Below are positions 7,157 through 15,980 of a stretch of 59,896 bases of DNA, piece after piece. Within the stretch, counting starts at the first letter, position 1. Each line of letters begins with the position of its first letter. The position numbers and the translations under genes are program-made. The stretch is from contig DASZZV010000207.1 of the NCBI GenBank assembly GCA_035544835.1, positions 1 to 59,896 on the forward strand. The letters run 5' to 3'. The stretch comes from Thermoanaerobaculia bacterium. Lineage in GTDB: Bacteria; Acidobacteriota; Thermoanaerobaculia; Gp7-AA8. The notes under the pieces were generated by a model. The model did not search any database. It had not been told where the DNA came from and worked only from the letters and a program-made list of their open reading frames with translations.

Positions 7157-9484
7157 GTGACCGACATCCTTCTCACGATCCTGGGCATCCTGCTCCCCTG
7201 CGCGGCGATGTTCTTTGTGTTGAATCGCTGGTTCGCTCCGGTCCCGGCGAGGGTTGCCGCAAGCATCATCGGTCTGGTCTTTCTGTTTCTTCACGGCGCG
7301 ATTTTCACGAGCCGGGTGCCGCTGCCGCTCGATGAGGTCGCGCGTGGGTTTCCCTACGCCGGGGTCGTCGGTCACGTGAGCCCTCGAAACCCGCTGACCA
7401 ATGACACGGTGAAGCTGTTTCTTCCGTGGATGACGGCGATGAGAGAGGAGTTGTTTGCGGGGCGTATCCCTTTGTGGAATCGCTATTCATTCTCCGGCTA
7501 TCCCCTTCTCGGCAATGGGGAATCGGCGCCGTTCTCGCCGTTCTTCCTGGTCACGCTGTTTGTGCCGCTGCCCAAGCAGATGGTCGCGATGGCCGCCCTC
7601 AAGCTCGTGGTCGCTCTGGTGTTCGGTTACCTGTTTCTTCAAATGAGAGTGAAGAACGAATGGGCCTCACTTTTTGGGAGCGTTGTTTTTGCTTTCTCAG
7701 TTCCTCAGACCGTCTACCTCTATTACACGGCATCGACTGTAGCGGCTCTGCTCCCGGCCCTCTGTTTTGCCACCTTCTATTCCTTGTCGTGCAACAACAG
7801 ACGGGGAGCGCTTCTCCTCGCTTTCACCACGGCCGCCATTCTTTCTGCGGGACACCCGGAGTCAGTTTTTCATTGTGTTCTGGCGCTCCTCGGTCTTCTG
7901 GCGATCGATGCGATCCTGTCGGCCGACAAAGCGGAGTGGATCCGCAGCGCAGGCCGCGTAACCATGACCGCCGTGATTGGAGCGCTCGTCGCCGCGCCGT
8001 CGTGGATTCCGGTCCTCGAGCAGGTTGTGCGGAGCACGCGATTTGCCGAGATCCACGCCGGAGCTGGACGGATCATGACTACTCGAATGCCTGGGCAGAT
8101 CGCATGGCTGCTCCTCTCGCCGAACGCTTTCGGGAACCCGGCGCGGCACACCTGGTCCTGGATCATGAATTACTCGGTGGTGGCCTCGTGCTACGTCGGG
8201 CTGATTGCGCTGACTTTCTTTGGCGTGGCGCTTCTGGGTCGTGATGTTGCAATCCGAGATCGACTCACGGCCCTCTTCGCGCTGCTCACGTTCCTCGTGG
8301 CCATGAGATGGACGTTCATCGGCGATATCGTCAACCACATTCCTCCATTCGACTCCGTCGCAAATGACAAGCTCCGATTCGTGACCTGTTTTCTCGCCGG
8401 CATCGCTGCGGCCGCGGTACTAGCGCGAATCGGCGAGGCTCGATCGGTGGTTGCGGTCGTGACGTCCGCTTTCCTTGGGCTTTCGCTCTCGTACCTGTTG
8501 ATTCGCAAACTCGGTGTCACTCTCGGGTGGACTGACGCCGTGGGAGTATTCGTCCTCCTGATTCTCGTGTTGGCCCTGTTTTTCGCCAGGCCGCAAAGGC
8601 TTGCTGCGATCGCGCTGGTGCTTACAGCACTGGAACTGCTTGTGCTGAATTCACCTTTCAATGCCCTGGTTTCGCGGCGGTACTACCTTCCCCCGACTCC
8701 GGTGCTGGACCGACTCAAAGCCCTGGCGCCCTCGGAACCTTTCAGGATCGTGGGGCTGGATTGGGTCTTTCTTCCGAATCTGTCGGCCGAGTATGGTCTC
8801 GAGGACATTCGAGGAAGCGATCCGATGTCATGGCAGCCCTACACTCGCTTTCTCGATCCGATTACGGTTCATGAGCCGGCGGATGGTGATGTCCAGCGAG
8901 TGGTGAAGGTTGATGATGCGCGGATCGACTTTCTGAACGTCAGGTTTCTGCTCACCGACCCTGCAGCAGTGGTATCGAGCCACTGGCGTGAGGTCTACTT
9001 CGGCCCCGATGGAAGACTCTTCGAGAACGAACGCTTCGTGCCGAGATTCTTCATCCCGAGAGTTCTCACGGGACCAGGACCGCAAATGGGGGATCCTCTC
9101 GTCGCCGAGGTGGACGGCATCGCCACGGGCGGTCGGGTCACGAACGGCGCAGGCAGCGTCGATGTAAGGCAGCTCAGCTCTTCGAGCTTCCGCGTCAATG
9201 TGAACGCCGAGAGGTCTCTGGTGATCGCTTCGAGTGAACCTTACGTGCCGGGGTGGGTCGCGATGAGTAGAGGAAAGCGTCTGCAGCCTCGCGTTGTCAA
9301 CGGAGCATTTTTCGGCTTCGAGGTGCCAGGGGGGAAGTCAGGAGTGACGGTGCACTACGAACCCGTCTCATTTCGTCTGTCAGTGGCAGTATTTCTCGTG
9401 GGGATTGCGCTCCTTTTTTTGCAATGCTTCTGGATCGGTCGGGATCGATGCACGCGGCTTGGCCGGGCTCAGCGACTCGAGTAG
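7157..9484 (+). CDS. YfhO-family (GT-C-like) polytopic membrane protein
   Basis: 775 aa and many TM segments. 'RIPLWNRYSFSGYPLLGNGESAPFSPFF' and 'GHPES' motifs. Paralogous to 29545..31533. Confidence 0.7.
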   Translation: MTDILLTILGILLPCAAMFFVLNRWFAPVPARVAASIIGLVFLFLHGAIFTSRVPLPLDEVARGFPYAGVVGHVSPRNPLTNDTVKLFLPWMTAMREELFAGRIPLWNRYSFSGYPLLGNGESAPFSPFFLVTLFVPLPKQMVAMAALKLVVALVFGYLFLQMRVKNEWASLFGSVVFAFSVPQTVYLYYTASTVAALLPALCFATFYSLSCNNRRGALLLAFTTAAILSAGHPESVFHCVLALLGLLAIDAILSADKAEWIRSAGRVTMTAVIGALVAAPSWIPVLEQVVRSTRFAEIHAGAGRIMTTRMPGQIAWLLLSPNAFGNPARHTWSWIMNYSVVASCYVGLIALTFFGVALLGRDVAIRDRLTALFALLTFLVAMRWTFIGDIVNHIPPFDSVANDKLRFVTCFLAGIAAAAVLARIGEARSVVAVVTSAFLGLSLSYLLIRKLGVTLGWTDAVGVFVLLILVLALFFARPQRLAAIALVLTALELLVLNSPFNALVSRRYYLPPTPVLDRLKALAPSEPFRIVGLDWVFLPNLSAEYGLEDIRGSDPMSWQPYTRFLDPITVHEPADGDVQRVVKVDDARIDFLNVRFLLTDPAAVVSSHWREVYFGPDGRLFENERFVPRFFIPRVLTGPGPQMGDPLVAEVDGIATGGRVTNGAGSVDVRQLSSSSFRVNVNAERSLVIASSEPYVPGWVAMSRGKRLQPRVVNGAFFGFEVPGGKSGVTVHYEPVSFRLSVAVFLVGIALLFLQCFWIGRDRCTRLGRAQRLE

Positions 9485-9499
9485 AGCAACTCGGCAACG

Positions 9500-9778
9500 G
9501 TGCGAGCCGACGCGGGTCGTCAGGCGAAATCAGCACTGCCATCCGTTGTGAACCACGGATGTTCTGTGTCATCCTTCATCGCTTTCGGAGGATTTCTGGA
9601 AGATCGCAAAAAAACTCTCGAGACGCTTGTGGAGCTGGCCATTGAGGGTGATGACGAGGAATGCTGGGATTCCAAACGCGCCAGCCTTCTTCTCCGGACC
9701 CAATCGTCGCCGGAGGAGTTTCGGGAGCTGGGAATCGCCGAGGAGTTGATTCGTTTCGTCTGGCCGGAAGGAGAATGA
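9500..9778 (+). CDS. hypothetical small protein (start uncertain)
   Basis: The stop overlaps the ATG of the next gene (ATGA). The C-terminal half looks protein-like (..TLETLVELAIEGDDEECWD..). No recognisable domain and no good RBS. Confidence 0.3.
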   Translation: MRADAGRQAKSALPSVVNHGCSVSSFIAFGGFLEDRKKTLETLVELAIEGDDEECWDSKRASLLLRTQSSPEEFRELGIAEELIRFVWPEGE

Positions 9779-10167
9779 TGGATCGCTTTACGGTGCGGGT
9801 TCAGGCGCGCTTCGAGTCGGCGCATTTTCTCCGGAGCTACCGCGGTCCGGCCGAGCCTCTGCATGGCCATTCGTATCTGGTGGAAGCGGAGTTGGCGGCG
9901 GCCAGCGGGGCGCTCGATGCCGACAATCTCGCAGTCGATTTTGTGGTCGCCCGAAGAGAGCTCGAAGGGCTTGCGAAGATGATGGACTACCGATGCATCA
10001 ACGAGGTCCCGCCGTTCACGGAGTTGAATCCCTCGGCCGAGAACATCGCCGAGTGGTTTCACGGCCGGCTCACCGAGGTGCTGCGAGGCGAGAAGGCCAT
10101 CGTCCGGGCCATCACGCTATGGGAAGGACCGGTAAACTCGGTCGTTTTCCGTCCAGGTGAGAGGTGA
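9775..10167 (+). CDS. COG0720 family protein (6-carboxytetrahydropterin / 6-pyruvoyl-tetrahydropterin synthase-like), subfamily unclear
   Basis: 'FESAHFL...LHGHSY' zinc-His motif. Strong SD GGAAGGAGA before ATG 9775. The QueD CxxxHGH cysteine is absent (sequence is GPAEPLHGH). Confidence 0.75.
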   Translation: MMDRFTVRVQARFESAHFLRSYRGPAEPLHGHSYLVEAELAAASGALDADNLAVDFVVARRELEGLAKMMDYRCINEVPPFTELNPSAENIAEWFHGRLTEVLRGEKAIVRAITLWEGPVNSVVFRPGER

Positions 10168-10760
10168 GCGTACTTCCCAACCACACCGCGCTGCGCGAGT
10201 GGGCGTCGATCATCGAGGCGGTCTCCGCGGGACGTCAGATCCTTCTGGTGCGCAAAGGCGGCATTGCCGAGAACGGTTTCCGGGTGGAGGCGCAGCGCTT
10301 CTATCTCCTGCCGACGTACCTTCATCAGAAGGAGAAGCAGTTCAAAACAGAGGAGCGCCGTTTCTTCTCGGCAACTGATCGAGCCGATACGAATCCTGAC
10401 CACGTCCCGGTTTCGATCTGGTGCGAAGTCGCCGATGTCTTCCAGATTCGCGACCTCGACAGGTTGATTGCGCTCGATCCCTTCCTGATCTTCACGTCGG
10501 ACACGATTCATGAACGCTATCGTTTCCGGCCGACTGAGGCCGTGCACGTGATCGCCGTGCGTGGCTACAGGTTGCCCGCGGCGGTGACCGTGAAGATGCG
10601 GCCGGAGTACGCAGGGTGTCGAAGCTGGATCAGTCTGGAAGAGCAGATCGACGTAGCGGGCTCGGAAGCGGTTCTCGGCGATGGGGAGTTCTCCCGGCGG
10701 CTCGAGGAAGTTCGGGTTTCGCTGTCGAATGAAAGAGCCGATGCGTCGTTGTTGAAATAG
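10164..10760 (+). CDS. DUF1802 family protein
   Basis: 'ALREWASIIEAVSAGRQILLVRKGGI..F.L.PTYLHQ' matches the recalled DUF1802 N-terminal pattern. GTGA overlap with the upstream gene. Confidence 0.6.
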   Translation: MSVLPNHTALREWASIIEAVSAGRQILLVRKGGIAENGFRVEAQRFYLLPTYLHQKEKQFKTEERRFFSATDRADTNPDHVPVSIWCEVADVFQIRDLDRLIALDPFLIFTSDTIHERYRFRPTEAVHVIAVRGYRLPAAVTVKMRPEYAGCRSWISLEEQIDVAGSEAVLGDGEFSRRLEEVRVSLSNERADASLLK

Positions 10761-10792
10761 AGGAACGCGCATTCAACGCGCAAAGACAGCGT

Positions 10793-11022
10793 GCGAAGGC
10801 GCGCGGTAGACCTGTAGCACCGGGCGTGAGCCCGGTGTAGCGCGGACGCTCGAGTAAGAAATGCTTTGGATTTACGAGCCCGCGAAGGCGGGCGGCAGAT
10901 CGTGGACACTTCATCTGTCGCCCGCCTTCGCGGGCTGGTAGATCTTGAAAGCACTTGTTGGTCGGTCGTCCGTAGGACACCGGGCTTACGCCCGGTGCTA
11001 CAGGTCTTCCGCGCGCCTTCGC
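10793..11022. repeat. 230-bp nested-palindrome element (MITE-like or structured RNA)
   Basis: The outer 46-nt arms (10793..10838 and 10977..11022) are inverted with 2 mismatches. Each arm contains a CACCGGGC-n-GCCCGGTG hairpin. An inner perfect 17-bp inverted repeat lies at 10878..10894 / 10919..10935. Confidence 0.75.
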
Positions 11023-11138
11023 GCGCTGCTTCAGAGTGAGTGCGCGATTAGCCCAGCCTTGTTCCTGAGCCGCAGCGAAGGATAGGGTCGTCCAATGCCT
11101 CAAAATTATCTCCGAACGAACAGAAAGGGGAATCGACC

Positions 11139-11876
11139 TTGCTCTTCATCGGGCTGATGATTGCGGCAGGCTTCCTCTGTGCCATGGTCGTGCTCGTCGT
11201 TTACGGCATCACCGTTCGGGAGGCCGAGCAGCGGTCTGTGAAATCGCGGATCGACCGGTCGTCGATCACAGGGTCGATTCTTTATTCGATCGCCCTCGCG
11301 GGCGGCGCCACTCCTGAGGAGGCCGCGCGGATCGCCCGGGAGCGCGGCAAAGCCGTCGTGGCCACACCGCAGGAAATCGATCTGCAGAGTTGGGGAGAAG
11401 TCTTCGCCAGAGGCGCCTCCGAAGCCGAATCGCGCCAGCTGCTCGAGGCCGGTGTTCGGGTAGCCCTGGACGGCGGTGGCGAAATTCCGCTCCCGCAGTA
11501 CAACGCACTACTGGAGCTGAGTTTCGCGCTCGGCTTCCACAGTGATGCTCTGGCCCGGCTGCGCGAGCAATATGGTTTTCGTTACGTCGACTATGCAAAG
11601 GCGGGACGCCCGCGCGAAGCGGACCGCTCCGGCGGGGGCGCACCTTTGTTCGTTCGAGTGAGTGAAGAGGCCCGGCGCGTACGCCTTACGCGGATGGGCT
11701 TAAACTCTTCGAGCAGCCGTCAGGACCTGATCTCCCGCTACCGGAAGCTGGTGGCCGAACATCACCCCGACCACTTCCACAACTCCAGCGATGAGGAGCG
11801 GGCCAGGGCCTCGGCCCGCTTCATCGAGATCACCTCCGACTACGAGTCGCTCCTGCAGACATTTCGAGACGAATGA
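11139..11876 (+). CDS. DjlA-like membrane-anchored J-domain co-chaperone
   Basis: N-terminal TM segment, central TerB-like region, C-terminal J domain with 'HHPD' (..YRKLVAEHHPDHF..). TTG start with AAGGGGA upstream. Confidence 0.7.
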   Translation: MLFIGLMIAAGFLCAMVVLVVYGITVREAEQRSVKSRIDRSSITGSILYSIALAGGATPEEAARIARERGKAVVATPQEIDLQSWGEVFARGASEAESRQLLEAGVRVALDGGGEIPLPQYNALLELSFALGFHSDALARLREQYGFRYVDYAKAGRPREADRSGGGAPLFVRVSEEARRVRLTRMGLNSSSSRQDLISRYRKLVAEHHPDHFHNSSDEERARASARFIEITSDYESLLQTFRDE

Positions 11877-11895
11877 AATAAAATTCCCGAAAGGC

Positions 11896-11924
11896 TTGAA
11901 AAAATATTCCAGCTCTGTTAGAGT
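11896..11924 (+). promoter_or_regulatory. candidate sigma-70 promoter (TTGAAA-N17-TAGAGT)
   Basis: Hexamers at 11896..11901 and 11919..11924 with 17-nt spacing. Would give an about 320-nt leader before the ECF sigma gene. Confidence 0.3.
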
Positions 11925-12246
11925 CTGCTACTCGCTGGAATACGGGTCGTTCACCGTTTGTTCACAACCGTTTCACCGAACCAATTCCCGCCGACGTCCG
12001 TATTATCTTTACCCATCACACCCGCAGAGGACGATCGTGTCCTGATTTCGGGACTGCGACGGGTAGATCCAGATAGTGCAGCCGAATGCGTATTTTTGTG
12101 GCGGTTCCAGCGACATGTGGTTGAAACAGCAGTGCCTTACAGTATCGCGGGGCGAGCCAAAGCGCTGCAATCTACGGGAACTTTTCATGTCTTTGTGAGG
12201 GCAATCACAAGGCATGAGTTATGAAGCATCAGAGGATGAGTAGCGG

Positions 12247-13026
12247 ATGGAGACTCCAATGAAAAGCGCCGAAGCAAACGAACACGAGCAGGGCTGGAAC
12301 TTCGAAAAGGCAGCGATGCCCTACGTCGATTCGCTCTACAACACCGCCTATCGCATGACTCGGAACTCCGAAGACGCCGAGGATCTGGTTCAGGAGACGT
12401 ATCTCAAAGCGTACAAGTATTACGACAAGTTTGAAGAAGGCACGAATTTCAAAGCGTGGCTCTTCAAGATCATGAAGAACACCTTCATCAACAACTACCG
12501 CAAAAAGAAACTTACTCCGCACAAGATCGATTTCTCGGAAATTGAAGAGTCCTACGAGCGCGTCATTCAGAAGAACGCGCCCGATCTGATCAAGGATCCG
12601 GAGAGTGAGATCTTTCAGGACATGATGGACGAGGATGTCAAGCGTTCGCTCGACACTCTGCCTCATGACTACAAGATGGTCGTGCTGCTGGCCGACCTGG
12701 AAGGCTTCTCGTACAAAGAGATCGCCGAGATCCTCGACTGCCCGGTCGGCACAGTCATGTCGCGGCTCTATCGCGGTCGAAAAATGCTGGAGCGAACCCT
12801 CCTCGAGTACGCCAAGAAGTACGGTTACATCCGCAGCGGTGAGCCCGCCAAGATGAGATCGCGGAAGGACGAGGTCAAGCCGAAGAAGAAAGCACCGGCC
12901 ACCGAAGAACTCGAGATTGCTGAGCCTGAAGTAGACGAGGAAGAAGAGTTGGCCATCCTCTCCAAGGATCCCGAGGAATTCGACTTCGAAGTGGATGAAG
13001 AAGAGGAGGAATTCCCCATCGAGTAG
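12247..13026 (+). CDS. ECF-type sigma-70 family factor (SigH/SigE-like) with about 70-aa acidic/lysine-rich C-terminal extension
   Basis: Region 2 'DAEDLVQETYLKAYKYYDKF..FKAWLFKIMKNTFINNYRK', region 4 'LADLEGFSYKEIAEILDCPVGTVMSRLYRGR'. The tail reads '..EVDEEEELAILSKDPEEFDFEVDEEEEEF'. Confidence 0.85.
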   Translation: METPMKSAEANEHEQGWNFEKAAMPYVDSLYNTAYRMTRNSEDAEDLVQETYLKAYKYYDKFEEGTNFKAWLFKIMKNTFINNYRKKKLTPHKIDFSEIEESYERVIQKNAPDLIKDPESEIFQDMMDEDVKRSLDTLPHDYKMVVLLADLEGFSYKEIAEILDCPVGTVMSRLYRGRKMLERTLLEYAKKYGYIRSGEPAKMRSRKDEVKPKKKAPATEELEIAEPEVDEEEELAILSKDPEEFDFEVDEEEEEFPIE

Positions 13027-13076
13027 TGCAGTTCAAAGCGTTCGAGTCGTCAGTACAGTTTCAAGAGGAGACCTTG

Positions 13077-13301
13077 ATGGTCTGTGACGATGTAAAACGC
13101 ATTGTTTATTTTTTTCTCGATGGCGAGTTGGGTGCGAGTAAGGCAACCGACCTTCAGCAGCATGTTGATGGGTGCAGGGACTGCGGCGACCGCGTCACCA
13201 TTCACAAGCGGCTTCGGAACTTCGTCAGACGAAAGCTGCGCAGCTCTGCTCCGGCTCGCCTACGCGATCGGATCCTGCTGGCGGTCCGGTCGGCCTCTTA
13301 G
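13077..13301 (+). CDS. zinc-binding anti-sigma factor (ZAS, RsrA/RshA-like, no TM segment)
   Basis: H-x3-C-x2-C motif 'HVDGCRDC' plus an N-terminal Cys. GAGGAG precedes ATG 13077. Lies directly downstream of the ECF sigma gene. Confidence 0.75.
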   Translation: MVCDDVKRIVYFFLDGELGASKATDLQQHVDGCRDCGDRVTIHKRLRNFVRRKLRSSAPARLRDRILLAVRSAS

Positions 13302-13331
13302 TGGCTCTAACGACCCTGTTCGGTTGCTGGC

Positions 13332-13904
13332 GTGGCTGAAAAGCTGATCTTCGTTTCATCCAATCCGAACAAGGCGCTCGAAGTCGAGAGGATTCTCAAT
13401 CAGCCCCTTCTCCGGGTTGCTCTCGACCTGCCTGAAATTCAGGCCTCTTCGGTCGAGGAGATCACCCGTCACAAAGTCGAAGTGGCCAAAACCAAGGGCT
13501 ATAAACGACTTGTGGTCGAGGATGTCTCGCTCGGCTTTACCGAGCTGGGTAACTTCCCCGGACCCTATGTGCGGTGGCTGCTCGAAGCCGCAGGCGGCGC
13601 CGGTCTCGGGGCGATTGCCTACGCGCTGCGCGACCGCTCCGCACTCGCACAGTGCTGTGTGGGCTACTGGGACGGGAGCGAAACGCACCTGTTCCTCGGC
13701 GAGTGTCGCGGGACGATTCTGGTTGAGCCCAGAGGAGATCAGCGGTTTGGCTGGGACGCCTGGTTCCAGCCGGAGAAGAGCGATAAAACGTTCGCCGAGA
13801 TTCCGGGCGATGAGAAGGACAGGATCTCTCATCGCGGCCGCGCCTATCAGCAGCTTCTCGATCGTCTGGGTCCCTCGGCTGACACTCTACGCGGACAGAA
13901 GTGA
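13332..13904 (+). CDS. rdgB: non-canonical purine NTP pyrophosphatase (RdgB/HAM1 family)
   Basis: 'LIFVSSNPNKALEVERIL', 'FPGPYVRW', 'FGWDAWF', 'ISHRGRA' motifs. GTG start. Confidence 0.85.
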   Translation: MAEKLIFVSSNPNKALEVERILNQPLLRVALDLPEIQASSVEEITRHKVEVAKTKGYKRLVVEDVSLGFTELGNFPGPYVRWLLEAAGGAGLGAIAYALRDRSALAQCCVGYWDGSETHLFLGECRGTILVEPRGDQRFGWDAWFQPEKSDKTFAEIPGDEKDRISHRGRAYQQLLDRLGPSADTLRGQK

Positions 13905-14090
13905 CACAAATTCGGACACTTATTCATTTGCTGACCTGCCAAAGACGGCACTTCGAAACCTTCCCTCTCCACTAAGCTGAGTTCCTGCAATAGTTTCCAG
14001 GATGCAGGTATTTTTCCGGAAAACTGGCAAGCCCTTTGAGTTATAGGAGGTCGGTCGGGCTGAGGCCGGGCTGGAAAGAAAGGTACGGTC

Positions 14091-14258
14091 ATGTGGGTAT
14101 TCGATGGAGAGGACTGGAGTGAAGAAGGTACGGCTCCGAAACGAGTCATCCCTTCGCTTAATCAGCCGGCCGACTTCTATCCCGAGTTGCAGATCATCGA
14201 TCTGCAGATCGTCCCGACTCCGCGGGAGCGCGAATATCCGCCGATGCCGATTCCCTGA
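14091..14258 (+). CDS. hypothetical 55-aa protein
   Basis: ATG with an upstream GAAAGG. MWVFDGEDWSEEGTAPKRVIPSLNQPADFYPELQIIDLQIVPTPREREYPPMPIP. A clean intrinsic terminator follows. Too short for the ORF track. Confidence 0.4.
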   Translation: MWVFDGEDWSEEGTAPKRVIPSLNQPADFYPELQIIDLQIVPTPREREYPPMPIP

Positions 14259-14283
14259 ATCGTCATCGAGCCTCCTGGTCTGC

Positions 14284-14315
14284 AGCCGCGTGATGGAAGC
14301 GCGGCTTTTCTTTTT
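14284..14315 (+). terminator. rho-independent terminator
   Basis: AGCCGCG-loop-CGCGGCT stem followed by TTTTCTTTTT. Confidence 0.65.
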
Positions 14316-14320
14316 GAGAA

Positions 14321-14426
14321 CGTGGCTGGACATTCCGATTGCGATGTCCAGCTGTCTGGCTCGCGCACAACGATCGTTGCCACGCACTGCCTGAAGGCCT
14401 GTTGGACATCGGAATGTCCAGCCACG
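14321..14426. repeat. 19-bp perfect inverted repeat made of two look-alike hairpins
   Basis: CGTGGCTGGACATTCCGAT (14321..14339) is the reverse complement of 14408..14426. GCTGGACAT can also pair locally with 14344..14352, and TGGACAT (14403..14409) with 14414..14420. Confidence 0.7.
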
Positions 14427-14438
14427 AGTTGAACGCCA

Positions 14439-15242
14439 CTACTCTCCGCCACCAATGGTTCGGCGGAGGAAGCTGGTCATGATCGGGAAGACATCCCTTC
14501 CGGCCGCATTGAAAATCCGGTCCGCGTGGTAGTTCCCCGGGATGTCGATGATGTGCAGCTCTTTGGGTTCGTTGGCCTTCTCATACAGCTCCATGGAGTG
14601 GGCATGATCGATCAACCAGTCATTCTTCAGGTGGATCAGAGCGACCGGCGCTTGTACGCGTGCGATGTCTTCGGCAGCATCGCGAACGCCGGCCCGGAAG
14701 CGCCACTCGAAGCGGGGTCGATGATGAAGCGCCTGGCCCAGCGCGATGTGCCGATGCATCGTCAGGGGATTGAGGCGCGGAATCACCCGCCGGAAATTCG
14801 CGACCGGTGAGATCAGCAGCAGAGAGGCGATCGGCAGGTCGTGAATCGCCGCGCAGGAAATCGCGATTGCTCCTCCCGCCGAGAATCCCATCAGAGTCAA
14901 TCGTGTCGCGCCCGTTCGCTCCAGGACGTCGCGTGCCACCGCCGCCACGTCGTGATGCTCGTCGCGGTTGAAACCAAATACGCCCTCGCTGGTGCCATGT
15001 CCTCGCGGGTCCAGGATCGCGGCGCGTAATCCCATCCCGCATAGGAAGGCGCCGAGCCGCCGCATCGATCCGTACTCCCGGGTTCGCCAGAACCCCGGTA
15101 CGACGAGAACTGGATTGGTAGACGACGTCTCGTAAAGGTCGTAATCGATCCGGCTTCCGTCGAAGGAACGGACCGAGCAGCACTGTGCAGAAGCCGCTTG
15201 TCGCCGCTCTGTTTTCGCTATATTTCTTGACAAATGGCGCAT
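14439..15242 (-). CDS. alpha/beta-fold hydrolase
   Basis: Nucleophile elbow 'GFSAGG', 'DPRGHGTSEG'. Start set to internal ATG (MRHLSRN..); the 343-aa version extends into AT-richer upstream DNA. Confidence 0.7.
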   Translation of the reverse strand: MRHLSRNIAKTERRQAASAQCCSVRSFDGSRIDYDLYETSSTNPVLVVPGFWRTREYGSMRRLGAFLCGMGLRAAILDPRGHGTSEGVFGFNRDEHHDVAAVARDVLERTGATRLTLMGFSAGGAIAISCAAIHDLPIASLLLISPVANFRRVIPRLNPLTMHRHIALGQALHHRPRFEWRFRAGVRDAAEDIARVQAPVALIHLKNDWLIDHAHSMELYEKANEPKELHIIDIPGNYHADRIFNAAGRDVFPIMTSFLRRTIGGGE

Positions 15243-15470
15243 GATTCCTAATATATAGCCCGGTACCGGTGCGTGAAGTGTGCCCGGACCAGCCCCCGAT
15301 CGAATGATATTCCTGCTGCGGATTCGCGCGGCATGTAAGTTACCCCCATTCAAAAATCTGGAAGCGAAAGTAGGTGATAGGGCAAACCAGTAACCGTGAT
15401 TCCGCTTAAAAGTAACCCGAGTTGTCTGATGAAGTTGAAAACAAAAACTAAAAAAATTGGAGATACACAA

Positions 15471-15791
15471 ATGAAGAAGTCACTGGTTCTGGTTCTGGTC
15501 GCCGTTTTCGCACTGTCGATGTTCGCCGTTGGTTGTAAGAAGGAAGAGAACAACACCACCGAGACGGCCGTCACGACCGACACGATGAGCTCCTCCAGCG
15601 GCACCACCGACACCGCTTCGACCAGCATGAGCACCGACACCACCGCCACCAACACCACCACGATGAGCATGGGCACCGACACGTCCATGACGTCCTCGCA
15701 GACGACGATGACCACGGGCACCACGGGCACCATGGCCACCGACACGATGACCACCACCGCTGGCACCACGGCGACCCCCAAAAAGAAATAG
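15471..15791 (+). CDS. small lipoprotein with Thr/Ser/Met-rich low-complexity mature region
   Basis: MKKSLVLVLVAVFALSMFAVGC lipobox. The mature part is almost only T/S/M/D/G/N/A with the motif TDTSMTS. GGAGA SD. Confidence 0.75.
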   Translation: MKKSLVLVLVAVFALSMFAVGCKKEENNTTETAVTTDTMSSSSGTTDTASTSMSTDTTATNTTTMSMGTDTSMTSSQTTMTTGTTGTMATDTMTTTAGTTATPKKK

Positions 15792-15816
15792 TTTCCAGAC
15801 GAATCCGTTTTCATGG

Positions 15817-15850
15817 AGCGCCCCGCTTCGGCGGGGCGCTTTGTGTTTGT
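15817..15850 (+). terminator. rho-independent terminator
   Basis: AGCGCCCCGC-ttcg-GCGGGGCGCT followed by TTGTGTTTGT. Confidence 0.8.
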
Positions 15851-15980
15851 GGCATCTTCGTTGCTTCGTAGTTACACCCGGGGAGATGCCAAACCGCGCG
15901 GAAGCGTCCGTGGGTTCGCTCTCAGACGACAAGGCCTTCATCGGACAGAGCAATCAACTTAACAAAAAGGGGAGTTTTCA

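Noticed and set aside
10565-11103. ORFs 10565..10954 (-) and 10630..11103 (-) in the DUF1802/djlA-like spacer.
   Set aside because: They run through the nested palindrome. Their peptides are mirror-like translations of the inverted arms, with no SD or domain.
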